Assembly (NCBI GenBank): GCA_009602735.1
Contig: WELA01003606.1
Coordinates: forward strand, 80,770 to 144,769
Length of the DNA stretch: 64,000 nucleotides
Direction of reading: 5' to 3'
DNA from: Mesotaenium endlicherianum
Taxonomy: Eukaryota
Below, in pieces: positions 52,166 to 64,000 of this stretch (within the stretch, counting starts at the first letter, position 1; the number at the start of each line of letters is the position of its first letter). The notes beneath the pieces were generated by a model that saw nothing but the letters and a program-made list of their open reading frames with translations, was not told the origin of the DNA and did not search any database. Position numbers and translations under genes: made by a program.

Positions 52166-55100
52166 CCTGTGCAGCTTTCAATCTGACAGGGACATACACT
52201 GGCATATTGAAGGGGTGCTCCATGACATGGGCTGAAGGTACATGCCCTCTATGAGAGGGGGATGCTGACTGCCTCCTTGGCAACCCTTCTATCTGCTCTG
52301 TCTCACTGAGTCTCACCTCCTAAGGTGGAACTCCTCCTGCTGAAACTTCCCAGCCACTAGAGATCCGGATCTGTGGGTGGGCTGGTATCCCCAAGCTGCT
52401 ATAGGGCTGCTCGTGCAAAGGCCCTTCCAGTCTGCTGTATAGTGGGAGGTGTAACGGGGGTCTGTGCCTCAGCAGGATTAGACTCCTCTCCGGCGCCTTC
52501 CTCCTCTTTGTCCTCTTGTTCCTCTGAGACTTCTAGAGTCTCTCTGGTCATCTCCTCCAGCCGTTCCCAAGAAATAGAGTATCCCACTGACCTCCCCCTT
52601 TTGGATGCGGGTGGGGGTTGCTGGGTCCTGACCGCATACAGGTCTTCCTCCCCTTGCTTACTTGCACATTTGGCATAAGCATATTTTCCCTTAGAGAAAG
52701 AATCTGTAGCCCTGGTCCAATCCTCCTATGTCTCCTGACTCATGCAGTCCCCGACTCCATCCGGTCTTGGGTCCCATGTTCCAATGTGAGGTGGCAGCAC
52801 TATCTTCCCCTGCAAGTCTGCCAGGAAATTGTCTTCCTCAGCTCTGTCATTTTGCTGGTCCTTCATGGTGATGGTCATCCAGCGCCAGTCAGTGGGCTGC
52901 AGAAAGAAAGCAAAATTTGTCCTCTTCAAAGTACAGGGGTGCTTCTTCTTTCCACCTCGTTATACATGGGCCCTAAATCGGTATGGAAAGTGGTATCCTT
53001 GAAGCTATCTGTATGCATAGGGATCAACCTGATGACCCTATTTGTGCCCCAGATCCCAGGTATTGGCATCCTTTCAGATGCACCTATCTGGGCCAATGCT
53101 TTGACCTCGTGGATCGTATATCCCACCATCCTGACATAGTCAGGGTACAATAGAAGCCCTGTGCTAACCTCTATGTACCTGTCAAAACTTTGGGACGTCT
53201 CCCCCTCCCGCTGCAGTATGTCCTTCTGCGACTCACTTTGGCTTCTATGGGCGTACTTGAAAGCTTCCTCCAAAAGGTCAAAGCCCTTGCCCATCACCGT
53301 GTAGCGATAGCTTTTTAATTCTCCTCTGTTCTTCCTCAACATGCTGCTTCCGCCTCTCCTTAGCCAACCTTTGTTCTTCCGTCTTCTTGGCTTCCTCTGC
53401 AGCTTTTTTTGTCTCGCTCCTCCTCTCTCAGCTCGGCCTGTTCTTCCTCCTCCTTCCTCTTCTGAGCCTCCCGCTGCAGTCAAAGTCGCTCTAATTCTCG
53501 AGAAGAGATGGAGGATGATTCGATGTTGCCATGGAACTCCTTGTACTCCGCTTGCACCTCGTCCGCCCTTCTTTTCCTCTTGAGTTTAGACTTTTGAGTC
53601 ATCCTGATCATTCATTCCACAATTGAGTTAGTGTAGTCATGATACTATGCACCGGATTGAGTACCTTGACTGGTAATAACGCAGTAGTGAGAATTGTAAT
53701 ATGCAATACCTGGTGCAAGTAAATTGAAAGTGTCAGTGTGCTTGAGAGAGAAGTAAGTGTGAGCGGAGTTGAGTGTGGAGGATGAATATGTAACGGCAAT
53801 CGGCTAGTTCCCAAGATGTTTATTCCACTCCCTCCAACTTAATGTTTTAGGTGGGCTGCCTGTCCTAACTGTCACTGGGCTGCCTGTCACAATTGGGGCT
53901 GCCTATCACAACTGTCACTTAATGTCAACTACTTTGACTTCTTGTCACTAACTGCCACTTTTGGCCGCGTTTGGCCACATTTCTATTCCAACTTAAATGG
54001 AGACAGGACCTCCTGTCACCTTCCCATGTCAACTAAAATGGCAGTTAGGAAGGTGTCCCAGCCTCTCAAACGTAAAAAGCGTTTCAACGCCCCTTTGGTA
54101 TTAGTCGAATGGTCCTTAAATTCCCAGGTGTCCCCAGAGGCATCGTCACCCTTGCATCAGACCTGACATTTCATGACATATTTAGATGATCAACGGACAG
54201 AGCGAGCTTCTAAAATCTCATCAACCTTATATTCCTCAGGGTCACCATCCCGGACAGCGGGGACCGGTCCCAATTGGACAGGTAACCGACCGCTGAACAG
54301 TGTGTCACTCTTGATGTATGGTTCCAGGAAGAGACATTAAAGACTGGGTGACCCTTGTATTCCGCTGACATGTTCAGTTTGTAAGCATCCTGACCGACAC
54401 TCCGCACCCAAAATATGGACCGACCCAAATTGGACCAAGCTTTTTCTTGACCTTACCAGACAGGTACAGGTGTTGATAATGCAGTTTGACCAAATCGCCC
54501 TCATAAAATGTCAGCTCCCGACGGTGTTGATTAGCATATTTTTGTTGATTTTCTTGAGCTTTGTGCAGATTTTGTTGGACTTCTGACAGGGTGTCAACAA
54601 ACTCCTGAGTCAATTGGAGAGACACCGAGTTGTCAATCCCCTCTGGGTGAGTTAATGACTCCTCTAGCACATCTAAAGGAGACTTGGGGACTCTACCCAG
54701 ACTGAGTTCAAATGGAGTCTTTCCTGTTGACGCATGCACCGCACTATTGACCGCAAATTGAATTTGAGGCAACAGGTCATCCCAAATATCTTGTTTTTGG
54801 TTAATATATGCTCTCAACACCTCTTGCAAAATTCGATTAAAACTTTCAGTTTGCCCATTGGTCTCAGGGTGGTTTGCTGCGCTGTGTAGCTGTTTGACTC
54901 CCATTAACCCCATCAAAGCTCTCAAGAACGTAGAGGTGAATTTTGAGTCTCTGTCTGAGATGATATTGGAGGATAGCCCATGTTGGTATACTACATGGTT
55001 GTAGAACTGTCTCGCAGTTTTGAGTGCAGTGACTTTGACAGGGGTGGGGATGAAAATGGCCATTTTGGTCAATTTATCCACTATTACGAGTATAGAATCA

Positions 55101-56338
55101 TGCCCATTGGCAGTTCTTGGTAGTGTTACCACCAAGTCCATGGATATTGTTTCCCATCGTCCAGCTGGGATGGGTAGTGGTTGTATTAATCAACCCCCCA
55201 AGTGGGCTGTGTCTAGACTTGTTTTTTTGACACTGATCACAGGACTCAACATATTTCAAGACCTCCCGAGGCAACCCTTCCTAGTGATAATGTTTCGCCA
55301 ATTTGCCAACAGTTTTGGCTTGCCCCAAATGTCCACCCAGTACAGTGTCATGAGCCTGACTCAATAATAAAGACCTTAGTTCCAAGTTATTAGGAATCAC
55401 CAACTTCAGCCGTCTTGAAGTGGTTTCAGTTACCCAGAGCCCTCCTTTCAGCCTATGTCCGCGTGTATTAGTAGGATACACACCATCAGTGGGGTTGAGC
55501 TCAAATGTTGGGTCAAAAAGGTAAGTGTTCAAGGAAGGACTTTTTGACTTTTAGTGAAGTGAGTGCACAAAATACTTATCTACAGCGTGCTGACTAAAGT
55601 TGCTTTCTTGCAAGTCAGGTATCCTAGAGAGTGCATCAGCAAGTTTCAACTTTCCTGGTTTGTAGTGAATCTGGACTTGGAATTGCTCCAGCATCTAGCT
55701 CAGCGGTTCTCCCTCCTCGACAGCTTGGACTTCTTCTGGAAGTGAATCAAGGTTAGGTGATGTATAATTACCTTATAAGCTTTGCCATGTAAGTATGCTG
55801 TAGTGATTTGAGTTATTATGTATTAGTATGCATATATTTTAATGTTTTCAAATATATTTGGAGTGGTATTGTGTGGAGTCAAGTGTGAATAGGTACTCTA
55901 GTAACTTGGTTCATGTCCTTTGAACCTTCCAAGGCATTTTCGAAGTTAGAGGAAAGACCTAGAAGAACTCCATGTGGCAAAAGTCAGATGTGCCATTTTT
56001 AGGTCAAAAGGACATGTGTACATTATTCTAGAAAGAGGTGGCAAGTTTTGGGATGTGTTGGGTGCCAACACATCAACATACACCTTCCTAGAAATTACTT
56101 ATGTAGCAAGTATATAAACAAGAGCTAGAACATAGAAAGACATTCCAGAATCACTCTTGTACTTGCCAAAATCCAGAAATATATTAACTTTCAAGAAGCC
56201 ATCTCTCTTTCAAGAAGCTACCACTTGTGTTCAAAGATCCTTGTCTTGAATAGATAAAGTATTCTGTTTTACTAAGTACTTTATCTATCTGTTTCACTAC
56301 AGTGGTATCGGAGCTAGGCACTTTGGTAGCACAAGAAG

Positions 56339-57619
56339 ATGGCCGATCCTCAAGACCAACAGCAAGCTTTCGAAGGAAGCCCTTCCTCTCCAAGACACCC
56401 TCCTCCAGCGCCGATGGGAGAGCCCACTCAAGAAAATCTGCAACAACAAGAAGCACCACAAGGAGGAGCACACCCTCCTCCAGCGTCGATGGGAGAGCCT
56501 ACTCAAGGAAATCTGCAACAACAAGAAGCACCACAAGGAGGAGCACCGTCAAATCCCGTGGCAGCCGCTATAGCAAAGTTGACCCCACCACAAGGAGTTC
56601 CCGCAAATGAGTGGGCAGCCTTCCTAATGACCGTCCACAACCAAGTGGGCTTGGCCACCTATGAAGCAACCGTGCAAGCGTCAAGAGAAGCTATGGCTGC
56701 CATGGTTGCCCCTATTGCGAGCAATGCTCAAAATCCAGCCCCGGCTCAAGCGCCTCCACAAGAGCCAACGAGAGCAAGGAAACTCATCAAGCCCGGCAAA
56801 CCCGACACTTTCAACCCCGGGAAAGGTGCCAACCTGAATTTATGGCTCTACCAAGTGGAGACGTACCTCGCATTCCTTGAAGTACCCGAGGAGGACTACG
56901 TTCCCTTTGCCGTTACCTTACTTAGAGGAGCAGCAACATCATGGTGGCGTAACTATCAAGCGGCTATATATCAAGCTATGGCGCACCCCATGCTCGGCCA
57001 AGAGCCCCCACCATCATATGCAAGATGGGCAGATTTTCGTGAGGCCCTCAAGAAGCAATTCATGCCCATCAATGCGGAGAAGATTGCCCGAGGAAAGCTC
57101 CACCATCTCAAGCAAACGACGTCCGTTCAAGAGTATACATCCAGATTTCACGCCCTCACTCTTGAGATCCCCAACATGTCTCTCGAGGAGAAGATTGACC
57201 GCTACATCTTTGGCCTCAAACCCAAGGTGGCAAAGGAAGTGGAGTTACGCGACTTGACGGACTTCTCAAAGATCATTGAAGTGGCCCAAAAGGTGGATAC
57301 CTTGGATTTCAAGCACTCCGTGCCTTCATCTTCACGGGTACCGACGACGCGGGTGTACGCAGCCCCTTCCACATCCGAATCTGGACCCACACCCATGGAA
57401 ATCGGAGTTATTAAAAGGGACCCCGCGGCTGCCCGGAAGAGTGGAAGACCCTCCAATGACACTTATGATGCAAGAAACCAGCAAGGAGTGAAAGCAAGAC
57501 TCTCCCCGGCTGAAAAAGAAGCTCTCATGACGGCTGGACTATGCTTTTATTGCAAGGAAAAGGGCCATCGTGCACTTTCATGCCCCAAAAAGTTGTCAAA
57601 AAACGGACAGCGCCGGTAG
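56339..57619 (+). CDS. F2 Gag (426 aa) with N-terminal 75-bp direct repeat (56396-56545)
   Basis: Intact ORF; [25 protein letters not shown] twice; CCHC knuckle. Confidence 0.92.
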   Translation: MADPQDQQQAFEGSPSSPRHPPPAPMGEPTQENLQQQEAPQGGAHPPPASMGEPTQGNLQQQEAPQGGAPSNPVAAAIAKLTPPQGVPANEWAAFLMTVHNQVGLATYEATVQASREAMAAMVAPIASNAQNPAPAQAPPQEPTRARKLIKPGKPDTFNPGKGANLNLWLYQVETYLAFLEVPEEDYVPFAVTLLRGAATSWWRNYQAAIYQAMAHPMLGQEPPPSYARWADFREALKKQFMPINAEKIARGKLHHLKQTTSVQEYTSRFHALTLEIPNMSLEEKIDRYIFGLKPKVAKEVELRDLTDFSKIIEVAQKVDTLDFKHSVPSSSRVPTTRVYAAPSTSESGPTPMEIGVIKRDPAAARKSGRPSNDTYDARNQQGVKARLSPAEKEALMTAGLCFYCKEKGHRALSCPKKLSKNGQRR

Positions 57620-60600
57620 GCCAGGAGCCTACCACCCCAAGACCCACTTCACGAGAAGGCAACACGCCAAGTGAGGTGGAGACCCCCGTTGAAGACGACG
57701 TTCCAGCCCCAATGAGTTTGAGAGGTTACCTTGGAGGAGAGAAGGTCCACATCTTGGTGGATAGCGGAGCTCAAGGCAACTTCATTGCTGCAGATTTTGC
57801 CACCAAGCACGGTATTACTATGCGAACTCTTGACCACGACGAGGAGATTATGATGCCCGATGGATTCTCCTATACTACCCCTTCCAAGAAGACGTACCCC
57901 TTGGCACTCTCTATCAAGTCCTTCAAGGATAGAGTAGTGTTCTCCCCCATGCAATTGGGCAAGTACGACGTCATCCTAGGGACGCCTTGGTTGACCAAGC
58001 ACAACCCCCAAGTTGATAGGAGGACCGGTACTATCAAAATCAAGAATGACATCACTTCAAGAATCTGCATTTTGCGCGCAATCCAGAATATCCAGACCCA
58101 AGACATCCAGAAGCCGGCACACGAGATACTATTGTCCGCCCTCCAACTCAAGAGACTTGTGAGGAAGGGACACGAGCTTCTTTTGGCCTTGATCACGCCA
58201 AAAGACATCAAGAAAGACATCGAGAGTCAAGAAGGCAGCCCCGTTCCCAAGGAGATACAAGAAGTCTTAGAGGACTACAAAGAAGTGTTCTCCCCGGAAT
58301 TGCCCAAGGGCCTACCCCCCAAAAGATTCGTAGACCACAAGATAGAGTTGGAGCCCGGAAGCAAGCCCATCTCTCGGCCTACGTTCAAAATGTCATACAC
58401 GGAGCTAGACGAAGTCAAGAAGCAAATCAAGGAGCTACTGGAGCATGGCTTCATTCGACCTAGCAAGTCGCCATTTGGAGCCCCGGTGCTATTTGTCAAG
58501 AAGAAAGATGGTACCTTGAGGATGTGTGTGGACTATCGCGCCCTCAACAAGATCACCATCAAGAATCGATACCCGCTGCCGCGCATGGATGAGCTCATGG
58601 ACCGGCTGGTTGGAGCCAAGTACTTCACGAAGATTGACTTACGGAGCGGCTACCACCAGATTCGCATCGCAGAACCGGACATAGAGAAGACGGCATTCAG
58701 GACAAGATATGGACATTTTGAGTTCATGGTCCTGCCATTTGGACTCACCAACGCGCCAGCAACTTTCATGACTATGATGAACACCATATTTCAGCCCATG
58801 TTGGACAGATTTGTGGTGGTATTCATCGATGACATCCTTATCTACAGCAAGACCCTTGAAGAGCATGCGAGACACTTGAAAGAAGTCCTTGAAGTATTGA
58901 AGCAAAACAAGCTATTTGCGAAGGAGTCAAAGTGCGAGTTTGCCAAACAAGAAGTGGAGTTCCTAGGTCTCCACGTGACTGCTGATGGCATCAAGATGGA
59001 CCCCAAGAAGACCACGGTGGTGGAGGAATGGCCAACCCCCACGACCAAGAAAGAACTCCAGTCATTCTTGGGATTTGCCAATTGGTACAGAAAATTCATC
59101 CAAGGCTTCTCGCACATAGCAGCCCCCCTGACAGATCTACTCAAGAAGGACAGGCTATATACATGGACCGAGAAAGAGGAAGAGGCATTTCAAGAGTTAA
59201 AGCGAAGATTGACCACATCCCCGGTGCTCACACTCCCAAGTCCAAACCCAGATTGGCCCTTCCACGTCATCACCGATGCATCTTCCTATGCAATAGGAGC
59301 AATCCTGCTTCAAGACCAAGGCAAGGGACTGCAGCCCATCGCCTACGAGTCAAGGAAGCTAAATCCAGCCGAGCAAAATTATACAACCACGGAGCGAGAG
59401 GCATTGGCGATTGTACATGCCTTGAAGGTTTGGCGCTGCTACGTTGAAGGACGCAAAGTACTGGTCACCACGGACCACGAGGCGTTAAAGCACCTCCAAA
59501 CGCAGCCGTATCTCTCAAGGAGACAAGCAAGATGGAGCGGATACTTGCAACAATACAACATCACGATTCAGTACCAGCCCGGCAAGACAAACCCGGCTGA
59601 CCCCCTCTCAAGACTGCAATTAAATGCAGTGATGGTATCCCTGAAGACAGATCTGGAAGCTCGATTTTCAGCCGCCTATGAAAGAGACCCTTACTACAAG
59701 AACGGAGAAGCAGCCTTGGACCCATGCAAGAAGCAAGAAGGCAATTATTGGGTGAGGCAAGATACGGGCCAGAGATGTGTTCCTAATGACTTAGACCTCC
59801 GGCTCTTGCTTCTACGAGAAGCACACGACAACCCTCTTGGAGGACACTTTGGAATCCTAAGGACCACGGGCGTTCTAGCTAGGACTTATTGTTGGCCAGG
59901 CATGTCTAAGCAAGTCAAGGAGTACTGCAGGAGCTGTGACACATGCCAAAGAATCAAGCCATCATCGCAAAAGGCGGGAGGACTCCTCCAACCACTACCA
60001 ATCCCCGAAAGACAATGGACGGACATCTCAATGGACCTTATCGTGGACTTGCCCGTGACACCTCGAGGCCATAATGCAATACTCACGGCGGTGGACAGAC
60101 TTACCAAGATGGCTCATTTTATTCCCACGACGACTAAGGCTACAGCACTACAACTTGCAAGACTCATCTTTGACAACATCTTCCGACTCCATGGACTACC
60201 ATCAAGAATTGTGTCAGATAGAGATCCAAGATTCACAAGCCATTTCTGGAAATATCTCTTCAAGAACTTGGGTTCATCGCTGGATATGTCTACCGCCTAC
60301 CACCCACAATCAGATGGGCAAACCGAGCGTATGAATCGTACCCTGAAGACCTCTCTAAAGGCCTACGTATCTACCCTCGAGCAAGACTGGGACATGTACT
60401 TGACCCCCTCAAGTTTGCCTACAACAACACTACGCAGGCCTCTACCCAAGAGTCCCCATTCTTCCTCAACTATGGCTTCCATCCGACCACGCCACTGAGC
60501 TTCACGGCTGGCCATGATGAAGTACCTACAGCCACAGATTTTATGGAGACATTAGAAGCAGCCCTTACAGCAGCGAAGAAAGCTCTACAACACGCGCAAG

Positions 60601-61205
60601 ATGCTCAAGCAAGAGTGGCGAACAGATCCAGAAGAGAAATTACGTACAGAGTGGGTGACAACGTGTTACTATCATCCAAGAACATTTCCCTGAACAACAG
60701 GCCTGCCGGCAGCAAGTTCTCTCCCAAGTATTTGGGACCCTTCAAGATTATCCAGCAAGTCAACCCCGTTGCTTTCAAGCTAGATCTTCTTCAGACTATG
60801 CACATCGACCCCGTATTCCACGCTTCCCTCTTCAAGCCATATGTGCAACCCGACAACAAGTTCCCAGGACGTGTGACAACCCCACCAGCCCCAACAATAG
60901 TGGATGATCATTTGGAGTATGAAGTGGAAGACATAGTGGCTATGAGAAATTTCAGGAGACAGCAGCAATACTTGATCAAGTGGAAAGGATATCCAGATTC
61001 GGAGAATAGTTGGGTGGCGGCGCACTACCTTGACAAAGTTCAACGCAAGTTGAAGCGCTTCCATACCGCCAACTCCCATCTTGGACCAGCCCCAAGTCTC
61101 TCTACTAGAAGCCCGGAGACTTCAGGGAGGCAGCCTGCCACCATCAAGAAGCAGCAGAAGACCCCTTGGAGGCAGCCTGCAAGAACAAGAAAGAGGAAAA
61201 ATTGA
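57541..61205 (+). pseudogene. F2 Pol (PR-RT-RH-IN-chromodomain), 1-bp frameshift at ~60408
   Basis: Same motifs as copy 1; ACCCCCTCAAGTTT versus ACCCCCTTGGAGTTT in copy 1; chromodomain YEVEDIV..YLIKWKGY..NSW. Confidence 0.93.
57598..57633 (+). promoter_or_regulatory. Putative -1 ribosomal frameshift signal (A AAA AAC plus hairpin)
   Basis: Heptamer in correct gag phase (TCA AAA AAC); pol is in the -1 frame; GGTAGGC-CAGGA-GCCTACC stem starts 10 nt downstream. Confidence 0.75.
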
Positions 61206-63609
61206 CATTAGACACTCTTCTCTTCTCGCAGTTTCTGGACAGAAAACTAAAACTGCTACTGGTGATAGGTCTCTGCATAATAAATTCTGAAAATTTACCT
61301 GGCTGTAGTCCATGAGTAGCCGGTCATTGAGAATCCACGTTTGCTCAATTTGGAGCATTGGTGAGAGAGATATGATGCTCTAAGTAGAAGGGGGTCAGGC
61401 TGCTGGCATTGTTAGGACAGAATATGCCTTCTGACATTGTGCCTTCCCCTGAACTTGGAATGCTCTGAAACTCAAGACTCTGGTAGATCATCTTACAGCG
61501 CCCTGTTTGAGACTTAGTTTGCAGAATTTGGAGAAGCATAGAAGGACTTATGATTTTCAGAAGTTTCTGCACAGATTTGGAGGAGTGCCTACTCTCTCAG
61601 CTCTCAACGACACTCAAAAAATGAGAATGCTCTCAAATTTGGTGACCCGGTAGAGTTCTTCGACGCAGTCCGTCTGGCACTCAAATTTTCAGATTTGGAG
61701 CAGTTCTGTGGCCGCTATGAATTTTTAAGTTCGTGGCAGATTCTGGGCCAACTTGTACAATTTTCTTTATCATTAAGGAGTAGGCTAGCCAATAAGGTCA
61801 CACCACCTACGACCTTGCCTAGTCTACCTTACATGTGTAGCACCTGACTTGGCGCCTTTGACTAGTCCTCTTCACATGTGTGGCATCTGACTTGAAACTG
61901 TTGACTAGTCTGCTCCACATGTGTAAGACCTGACTTGACGCGCCGAGACGTCGCTTTTTCTATCGGGGGGGTGATGTAGTGATTTGAGTTATTATATATT
62001 AGTTTGCATATATTTTAATGTTTTCAAATATATTTGGAGTAGTATTGTGTGGAGTCAAGTGTGAATAGGTACTCTAGTAACTTGGTTCATGTCCTTTGAA
62101 CCTTCCAAGGCATTTTCGAAGTTAGAGGAAAGACCTAGAAGAACTCCATGTGGCACAAGTCAGATGTGCCATTTTTAGGTCAAAAGGACTTGTGTACATT
62201 ATTCTAGAAAGAGGTGGCAAGTTTTGGGATGTGTTGGGTGCCAACACATCAACATACACCTTCCTAGAAATTACTTATGTAGCAAGTATATAAACAAGAG
62301 CTAGAACATAGAAAGACATTCCAGAATCACTCTTGTACTTGCCAAAATCCAGAAATATATTAACTTTCAAGAAGCCATCTCTCTTTCAAGAAGCTACCAC
62401 TTGTGTTCAAAGATCCTTGTCTTGAATAGATAAAGTATTCTGTTTTACTAAGTACTTTATCTATCTGTTTCACTACATATGCTCTCCACTGTTTGAGAAC
62501 ATGAATGATAGCAAGCAGCTCTTAATCGTGTACATAACAATTTATCTTAGTTAAATCGAATTTCATACTCGTACAGTTTAGGGTGCCACTCTTACTTTAC
62601 CTTACCATCCTTTGTGGTTTTGTCAGCAGGCTGCAACAAAATAACACCCATGGCAAAGTCAAAAGCATCAGAAACCACCTGCACGAGTATAACATTTCTG
62701 CTTTTCGAGAGGATCTTTCCTCGATATTCAAGGAATATATAAATGAAGTGGGAAGAAAATCTATATACTTGTCCAAATTGACAAATCCTCGAGAAAACGA
62801 AAATGAAAACTAACGTAGAATGTGTGCTTGTGAGAGTTGCACTCACAATGACTCTGCAGGTATTTATACCTGCAGGACGTGAGGCACTGGAGTGCTTCGA
62901 TTCACCACCTAGGGCACTGGTTCATGTCAACGAAAACAGGCAAAGGGGCACGACCCATTTTGGCTGAATGCTCGAAACGCGCCGTTTGGCCGTTTGGAGA
63001 CTTTTTGACGGTTTCCAAAAAAACCGTTTTGCGCCAAACGGGCGTTTTCGCGTTCTCGCGACTTTCCGAAAAGTCGCAACTGTTCGCGGAGTCGCGTACA
63101 CATGCTTCTTGTCATGAACCGGTAGTTATAAAAACTACTTCGCTAATCGGTCAGGTGTGAACGTTTCAAACGACAGGTCGCAAGTTTGAAATTGCTCGGA
63201 TGCAAAGTCGCTTTGCATATTAGGTGTCGTTTGACTTTTACGACTGTTTGTTCGTCATAACGACTGGTCGTAAATCCAAAATCTGTGACTGTGCATTATC
63301 CGAAATAATGACAATCAAAATTACTTAATCAAACAATGGTTAATTAAGTTATCATCTCATAATTAATCAAAGTAACTTCATGAATAACTATGTCGTACTT
63401 TTGCGAAGTAGTCGAATTACGTTACGACGCTTTTTGCAATAGTATCTCGGTCGTTTCGCCAATCGACCGGGAATTAATCGGCACATGCGTGTGGCGAATA
63501 ATTCAATGTGATGCAATCATTTATCAAATAATGTATGATAAATAGTATAACGTATTTAGGTAATCGGGAAAACGTCCCAAATACGCCTAGAAAGCTCAGT
63601 TCGTTACAA

Positions 63610-64000
63610 GGCAGTTCGCTGCTGCCGAGTACGGCAGCCAGCTGACTGTCAAAGAATGTGTCAGCAAGCTGACACAAGTCAACAAGCTGACCTAGTGGAC
63701 TTCAGCCTGCTGCTCTCGTGAAATAAATCGACTTACAAATAGGCAATTCACGATTAATAAAGATCTTTATATCTGCGAGTAATCTTTATGGCAAGTTCTA
63801 TAAACTGACTAAACAACAAAAGACAAACGTACTGCCGATGAACAATACTCGAAGTCAAATGCAAGTAAACGAGCATCAATAATGCAATCAGTAAACTCGT
63901 ACATAAGCAAGGCTAGAAGACAGTGCGTATCAATGGCTTCTCGCCTTGGATTCAGATATCTCTCAGTAAGCAGTACAAGAGAGTTGGCCTCGTTTTTGAA
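63610..64000. repeat. Repeat related to the 38333-39038 insertion (runs off the window end)
   Basis: 63610-63715 resembles 38815-38905; 63730-64000 resembles 38330-38600. Confidence 0.75.

Larger units (their letters stand above)
55799..62477 (+). mobile_element. F2 chromoviral Ty3/gypsy LTR retrotransposon, copy 2
   Basis: 503-bp LTRs 55799-56301 and 61975-62477 with only a handful of differences, TSD TATGC, PBS 56303-56314, PPT before 61975. Confidence 0.97.
48230..62530 (-). mobile_element. F4 old, degenerate chromoviral gypsy remnant (RNase H end, integrase, chromodomain, extra ORF, PPT, 3' LTR start) hosting F2 copies 2 and 3
   Basis: ELLAIIHVLKQWR|AYLHGK reads across the F2 copy 2 insertion; integrase 54374-55532; decayed chromodomain ~54070-54240; rc PPT at 48348-48362 then TGTAATGAATC at 48347. 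Confidence 0.75.

Noticed and set aside
60400..60455. Programmed recoding in the F2 integrase
   Set aside because: The two copies have different lesions (TAA versus 1-bp deletion), so this is independent decay.
61815..61945. Short spaced repeats (ACATGTG..CTGACTTG..GACTAGT) resembling a CRISPR-like array
   Set aside because: Degenerate tandem subrepeats in the F2 3' UTR; no unique spacers, no cas genes, eukaryotic context.
29352..62477. Inversion between the two inverted near-identical F2 copies
   Set aside because: Each copy keeps its own matching TSD (GCGTG; TATGC).
62917..63123. Possible MITE (ACTGGTTCATGTCAA ... TTGTCATGAACCGGT)
   Set aside because: 15-bp inverted repeat with 2 mismatches, no TSD and a single copy in the window.

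Overview
Eukaryotic, green-plant-lineage DNA (probably a streptophyte alga or early land plant; this is an inference). It holds one intact host gene, an intron-rich zeta-carotene desaturase (ZDS, minus strand, ~7.8-15.2 kb), surrounded by nested Ty3/gypsy retrotransposons of at least five families. Family F1 is the most unusual. Its decayed polyprotein reads Gag - protease - C5 cytosine DNA methyltransferase - RT - RNase H - DDE integrase - PHD finger. It has no paired LTRs and no tRNA PBS. Two unrelated repeats, A (~1.25 kb) and B (~0.3 kb), occur as ORFs-PPT-B-ac-A-B (copy 1), A-ORFs-PPT-B (copy 2) and solo A-B units with TG..CA ends and a 4-bp TSD. This matches the A1-ORFs-B1-A2-B2 split-direct-repeat layout of tyrosine-recombinase retroelements, but here on a DDE-integrase element. 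Also present: two near-intact chromoviruses (F2) with a -1 frameshift signal, an internally inverted F2 derivative, older decayed chromoviruses (F3, F4), an F1-related gag relic, and evidence for a ~25-33 kb inversion spanning ZDS. All calls were made by eye, with no database searches.
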